A stretch of 52,080 bases of DNA, taken from assembly GCA_963729625.1 (NCBI GenBank), contig CAVSOU010000020.1, forward strand, positions 1-52,080, read 5' to 3'. Every line of letters begins with the position of its first letter. Position 1 is the stretch's first letter. Positions 49,145 to 52,080 of this stretch are shown one piece after another. This DNA comes from an uncultured bacterium (GTDB lineage: Bacteria; Chloroflexota; UBA5177; JANWHV01). The notes beneath the pieces are model-generated. The model searched no databases. It was not told where the DNA came from and saw only the letters and a program-made list of their open reading frames with translations. The translations under genes were made by a program, and so were the position numbers.

Positions 49145-49227
49145 AGCGACTCGAGATTACCAAACTTTGGTAACCGGAGAAGGCCGTCCGACGAGTCGAT
49201 CGGCCCGCCGTTTTGCTACCAACGTGG

Positions 49228-49708
49228 TATGGTCTGTATCGGTAAGAGTTCAGACTTCCGCGTCCGGGTTGAGCAGACGGGCGCCAGCGAGCCTCCGGTC
49301 AGTACCGCCGGCGGCACGGCCATCGACCCGCGCCAACTCACGGTGTCCTGCAATGTGCACCCCACCACGCAAGACATGACGATGATCCACCAGGTGGCGC
49401 TCGAGCAGTGGTCGCTCTATGCCAACGGCTGCGGTACCGCCGCGCTGAACCTCGCCACACTGCACGGCCCGCACAAAACCTTCAGCGCGCTCTACGGTAT
49501 TGCCCTGCAGGACCAGGCCGTGCTGATTGCGCACCTGCAGCTCACCGTGCTCGGCGCGCAGGGAAAGACCGTCCGCCAAGCCACGTTCGTGGCGCGTGTC
49601 GGCTACGGCCCACGGCGAGCAGCCATCAGCCTGGCTGGGGGCTCACGCCTGGTCATGACGGAGTCGGACAACAAGCCGCTCGTCGCGTATGCCCTCACGA
49701 GTGCCTAA
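49228..49708 (+). CDS. hypothetical protein or fragment
   Basis: protein-like open frame, no clear start or family. Confidence 0.35.
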
Positions 49709-49921
49709 CACTCGCGCGTTCGCTCCAGGGACGTCTGGCACCGCGTTCAGCGCCGCCTGCCGCGCGGCGTACGGGCCATCAGCCGCTCAATCATGAGGTG
49801 TTGCTTGCGCAGCCCTGTCCCGTCGGCCCCTCCCCAAACGCACCGTGCACGTTTCAGCGCAGTACGCTTTCCAGTTCCCTCATGGCGGCAGTGGCATCGT
49901 CAGTCTGCTCAGACGATCTAC

Positions 49922-50189
49922 CTACCATGGAACAGAATCGGTGCCCACAGGGTAGAGCGTGTACACGGTAACAATGAGGGTGTGCGCCCGCGGAGCGCCG
50001 TAGGTGCCGATGTCGTGGCGCTGGTCGGCCCCAGACCCACATTGCGTCCGGCGTGACACCCGGATCGCGCCCGATCCAAGCGCTGATCGCCACGTGCCCG
50101 GCATACACGCCCTTGCCGTCAAGGGCAGCGTGCAGGCTGTGCACCCAGTTGCGCAGCGCTGCGCCGGCGATGCCGACATTGCCCATCAT
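49922..50189 (-). pseudogene. short-chain dehydrogenase C-terminal remnant
   Basis: NVGIAGAALRNWVHSLHAALDGKGVYAGHVAI; frameshifted tail. Confidence 0.65.
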
Positions 50190-50214
50190 CGGCAGAGGAT
50201 GGACCGACGAGCCG

Positions 50215-50583
50215 CCGGTCGCGCCCGCAGCGCAAGTCGTCGTCTTTGGCTATCCGAACGTCTTGCCGCCCACCCCGCCGATCGGCTGTGCCGCTCTCTA
50301 CTTGCCGTTTAGCCGCGTCGGGGTCTTCCCGAGTGACGTGCCGAATTTCTATGGTCTGATCGAAAAGCTGGATGAGACCGTCCATCAGGCGGCGAAAGAC
50401 TCCGGCGTGGCAACCTTCGTCTCCCCGGCACCCATCTTCGCCGGGCACGACGTCTGCTCTGCCTCGAGCTACTTCTTCCCGCTGGATGCTGTGAACTACG
50501 CCGAGACGCTGCACCCGAACGCCGAAGGGCACGCACAGCTTGCGTCGCTCCTGCGGCGTGTTGCCGGTTCGCCTCCCGACTGA
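50215..50583 (+). pseudogene. SGNH/GDSL hydrolase C-terminal remnant
   Basis: AQVVVFGYP, FAGHDVC, LHPNAEGH; N-terminal GDS block missing. Confidence 0.75.
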
Positions 50584-50774
50584 CACATACTCCTGTTCTG
50601 TTCGGCGCGTATCTCACGGGAGGCAGGGCATGTCTTCGTCTCGATGCTGGCCGGATAGGTCGAAAGAACACTTACGCCCCGATCGCGTGTCGGCGTGATG
50701 GGCCGGCGGCACGGCAGGTCAAGGAAGCGGTGCAGATGATGCCTGCATTCTCATGCACAAACAGGTGAGGCGCC

Positions 50775-51596
50775 TCAGCCTCGGCGGCCGCACACCACCC
50801 ACGCCCGCGCCATCAAGGCAATCGTGCCGTCCGCCTGCGCCGGCACACTGGCGCGCAGTCGCTCATGTAGGCGCGCACGACCGTGCGCTTCGAGCGCCGC
50901 GACATAGCTCGGCGCCGGTCCTTGGCCGCTGAGAAAGGGCGTCCAGTAGTCGTCGAAGTCGCGACACGTCGTGGCGATCTCAAGCGGCCCAACCGCGACG
51001 TCGAGGAGACTCCCCGCACGGAAGAGATCCGCCAGTGCCTGCGGCTGGCAGAGGGGAAAACGCCGGCCTTCACCCAAGCAGGCAGCAGCCGGGTCGAGAG
51101 CAGTTGCCGCATCCCAGAAGCAGCGAAGGACCTGCATGCCCGCCGCATAGTCCCAGACATACGCAGCCACCAGCCCACCAGGACACGTGGCCCGCGCCAT
51201 CTCCGCTACCGCCCGCGCCGCATCCGGCACGAAGTTGAGCACCAACCCGGCCACAGTGACATCGAAGGCGGCCGACTCGACTGGGAGCTGCTGCGCCTCG
51301 CCCACGACAAAGTGGACACGTCGATCCGGCAGCGCAGCTTGCGCGAAGGCGATGAACGGCGCTGACGGGTCGACACCAGTGACGGCACTGGGGGCGGCCC
51401 AGGCAAGCACCGCCTGACTGAAGGCGCCCGTCCCGCAGCCAACATCCAGCCAGCGCCGCCCCGGCGGTACGCCCAACCTGGGCAGGGCAGCGCGGGCGAG
51501 CAGCCGGCTCCAGCGGCCCATGAATGCGTCATAGCCGCTGCCTTGCTGCCACTGCTCACGTTGGGCCGGCTGTGCCTCGGGCGATTCACTCTGCAT
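50775..51596 (-). CDS. class I SAM-dependent methyltransferase
   Basis: YDAFMGRWS, WLDVGCGTG, GVDPS, LVLNFVPD, AAYVWDY. Confidence 0.93.
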   Translation of the reverse strand: MQSESPEAQPAQREQWQQGSGYDAFMGRWSRLLARAALPRLGVPPGRRWLDVGCGTGAFSQAVLAWAAPSAVTGVDPSAPFIAFAQAALPDRRVHFVVGEAQQLPVESAAFDVTVAGLVLNFVPDAARAVAEMARATCPGGLVAAYVWDYAAGMQVLRCFWDAATALDPAAACLGEGRRFPLCQPQALADLFRAGSLLDVAVGPLEIATTCRDFDDYWTPFLSGQGPAPSYVAALEAHGRARLHERLRASVPAQADGTIALMARAWVVCGRRG

Positions 51597-51783
51597 CGTC
51601 GACCCCGCCCCTACTGTCCCACTTCAAGCGTGACTTGGTGCGTAACGTACCATGTGCATGGCGTTGCGACGTGCTTCTTCGAGCAGTTGGCGTAAAGCGC
51701 GCCGGCCGCCGCGATACTTGCGCCCCTACAGTCACATTTCAGCCAGCGTGGTAACCTTCTCCAACTGTGGGGAGGGAACGAGC

Positions 51784-52080
51784 ATGGTCGCAGAGCGGTG
51801 GCAGGGTGACGAGGCGGAAGATGCAGTCTTGGAACAGGGCACGGCAGCGTGGGAACGACTGCACGAGCGGATTGTCCATCGGTTCGGACGGATCGAGGTA
51901 CGGAGACGGGTGCGGCGCTTCCTGGCTGGGTTGCTCGGATGGGTGGAGCGCAAGAACGGTTGGCAGGTAGCCGAGGCCATCGGTGAGTTGGGGCCGCAAG
52001 GGGTGCAGCGGCCGCTGTTGGGAGCACGGTGGGATGCCGAAGCCGTGCACGATGATCTTCGCGCGTATGTGCTGGAGGAC
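51784..52080 (+). mobile_element. IS701-family transposase, 5' part (runs off the window; absent from the ORF track)
   Basis: hand translation [10 protein letters not shown]...[14 protein letters not shown]...[18 protein letters not shown]. Confidence 0.88.

Noticed and set aside
49854-50583. Apparent SDR/SGNH fusion or overlapping genes
   Set aside because: Back-to-back truncated remnants on opposite strands, consistent with a deletion scar
51611-51752. Two similar CTAC(T/A)GTC motifs upstream of the IS701 transposase
   Set aside because: May be IS ends, but similarity is short and the other end is outside the window
1-52080. tRNA, rRNA, relaxase/T4SS or phage structural genes
   Set aside because: None recognised in the window, so the conjugative-element interpretation remains an inference

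Overview
GC-rich mobile DNA, most likely part of a large plasmid or ICE. The protein styles suggest Chloroflexota or a similar soil lineage (inference). From left to right: (1) the 3' part of a Tn3-family transposase with two passenger genes; (2) a ~10 kb minus-strand array of small genes resembling a conjugative leading region (Fic/VbhA-like TA, DUF4258/DUF2283 TA, ssb, ardC, two SWIM fingers, DUF6011, two tiny acidic paralogs, HTH genes), organised in two modules that each start with a copy of the same ~230-bp promoter/leader repeat; (3) an IS-remnant-bounded island carrying a tightly linked SARP/BTAD regulator, a STAND (NB-ARC-like) ATPase with an atypical C-terminal domain and two paralogous TPR-CHAT caspase-like proteases, divergent from a Zn-finger / lipoprotein / membrane-protein operon. 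This is the best candidate for an undescribed system; (4) parA-parB plus an unannotated ribbon-helix-helix gene and two copies of a palindromic parS-like site; (5) a LacI-regulated sucrose/fructan ABC-GH32 cluster with a truncated sucrose phosphorylase; (6) an rve/IS481-like transposase, secreted beta-propeller genes, vapBC, a Rep-like HTH/DnaA-N protein, gene remnants, a methyltransferase and the start of an IS701 transposase. Many genes carry single-base frameshifts, which may be sequencing errors. All family calls come from motif recognition by eye, not from database searches.
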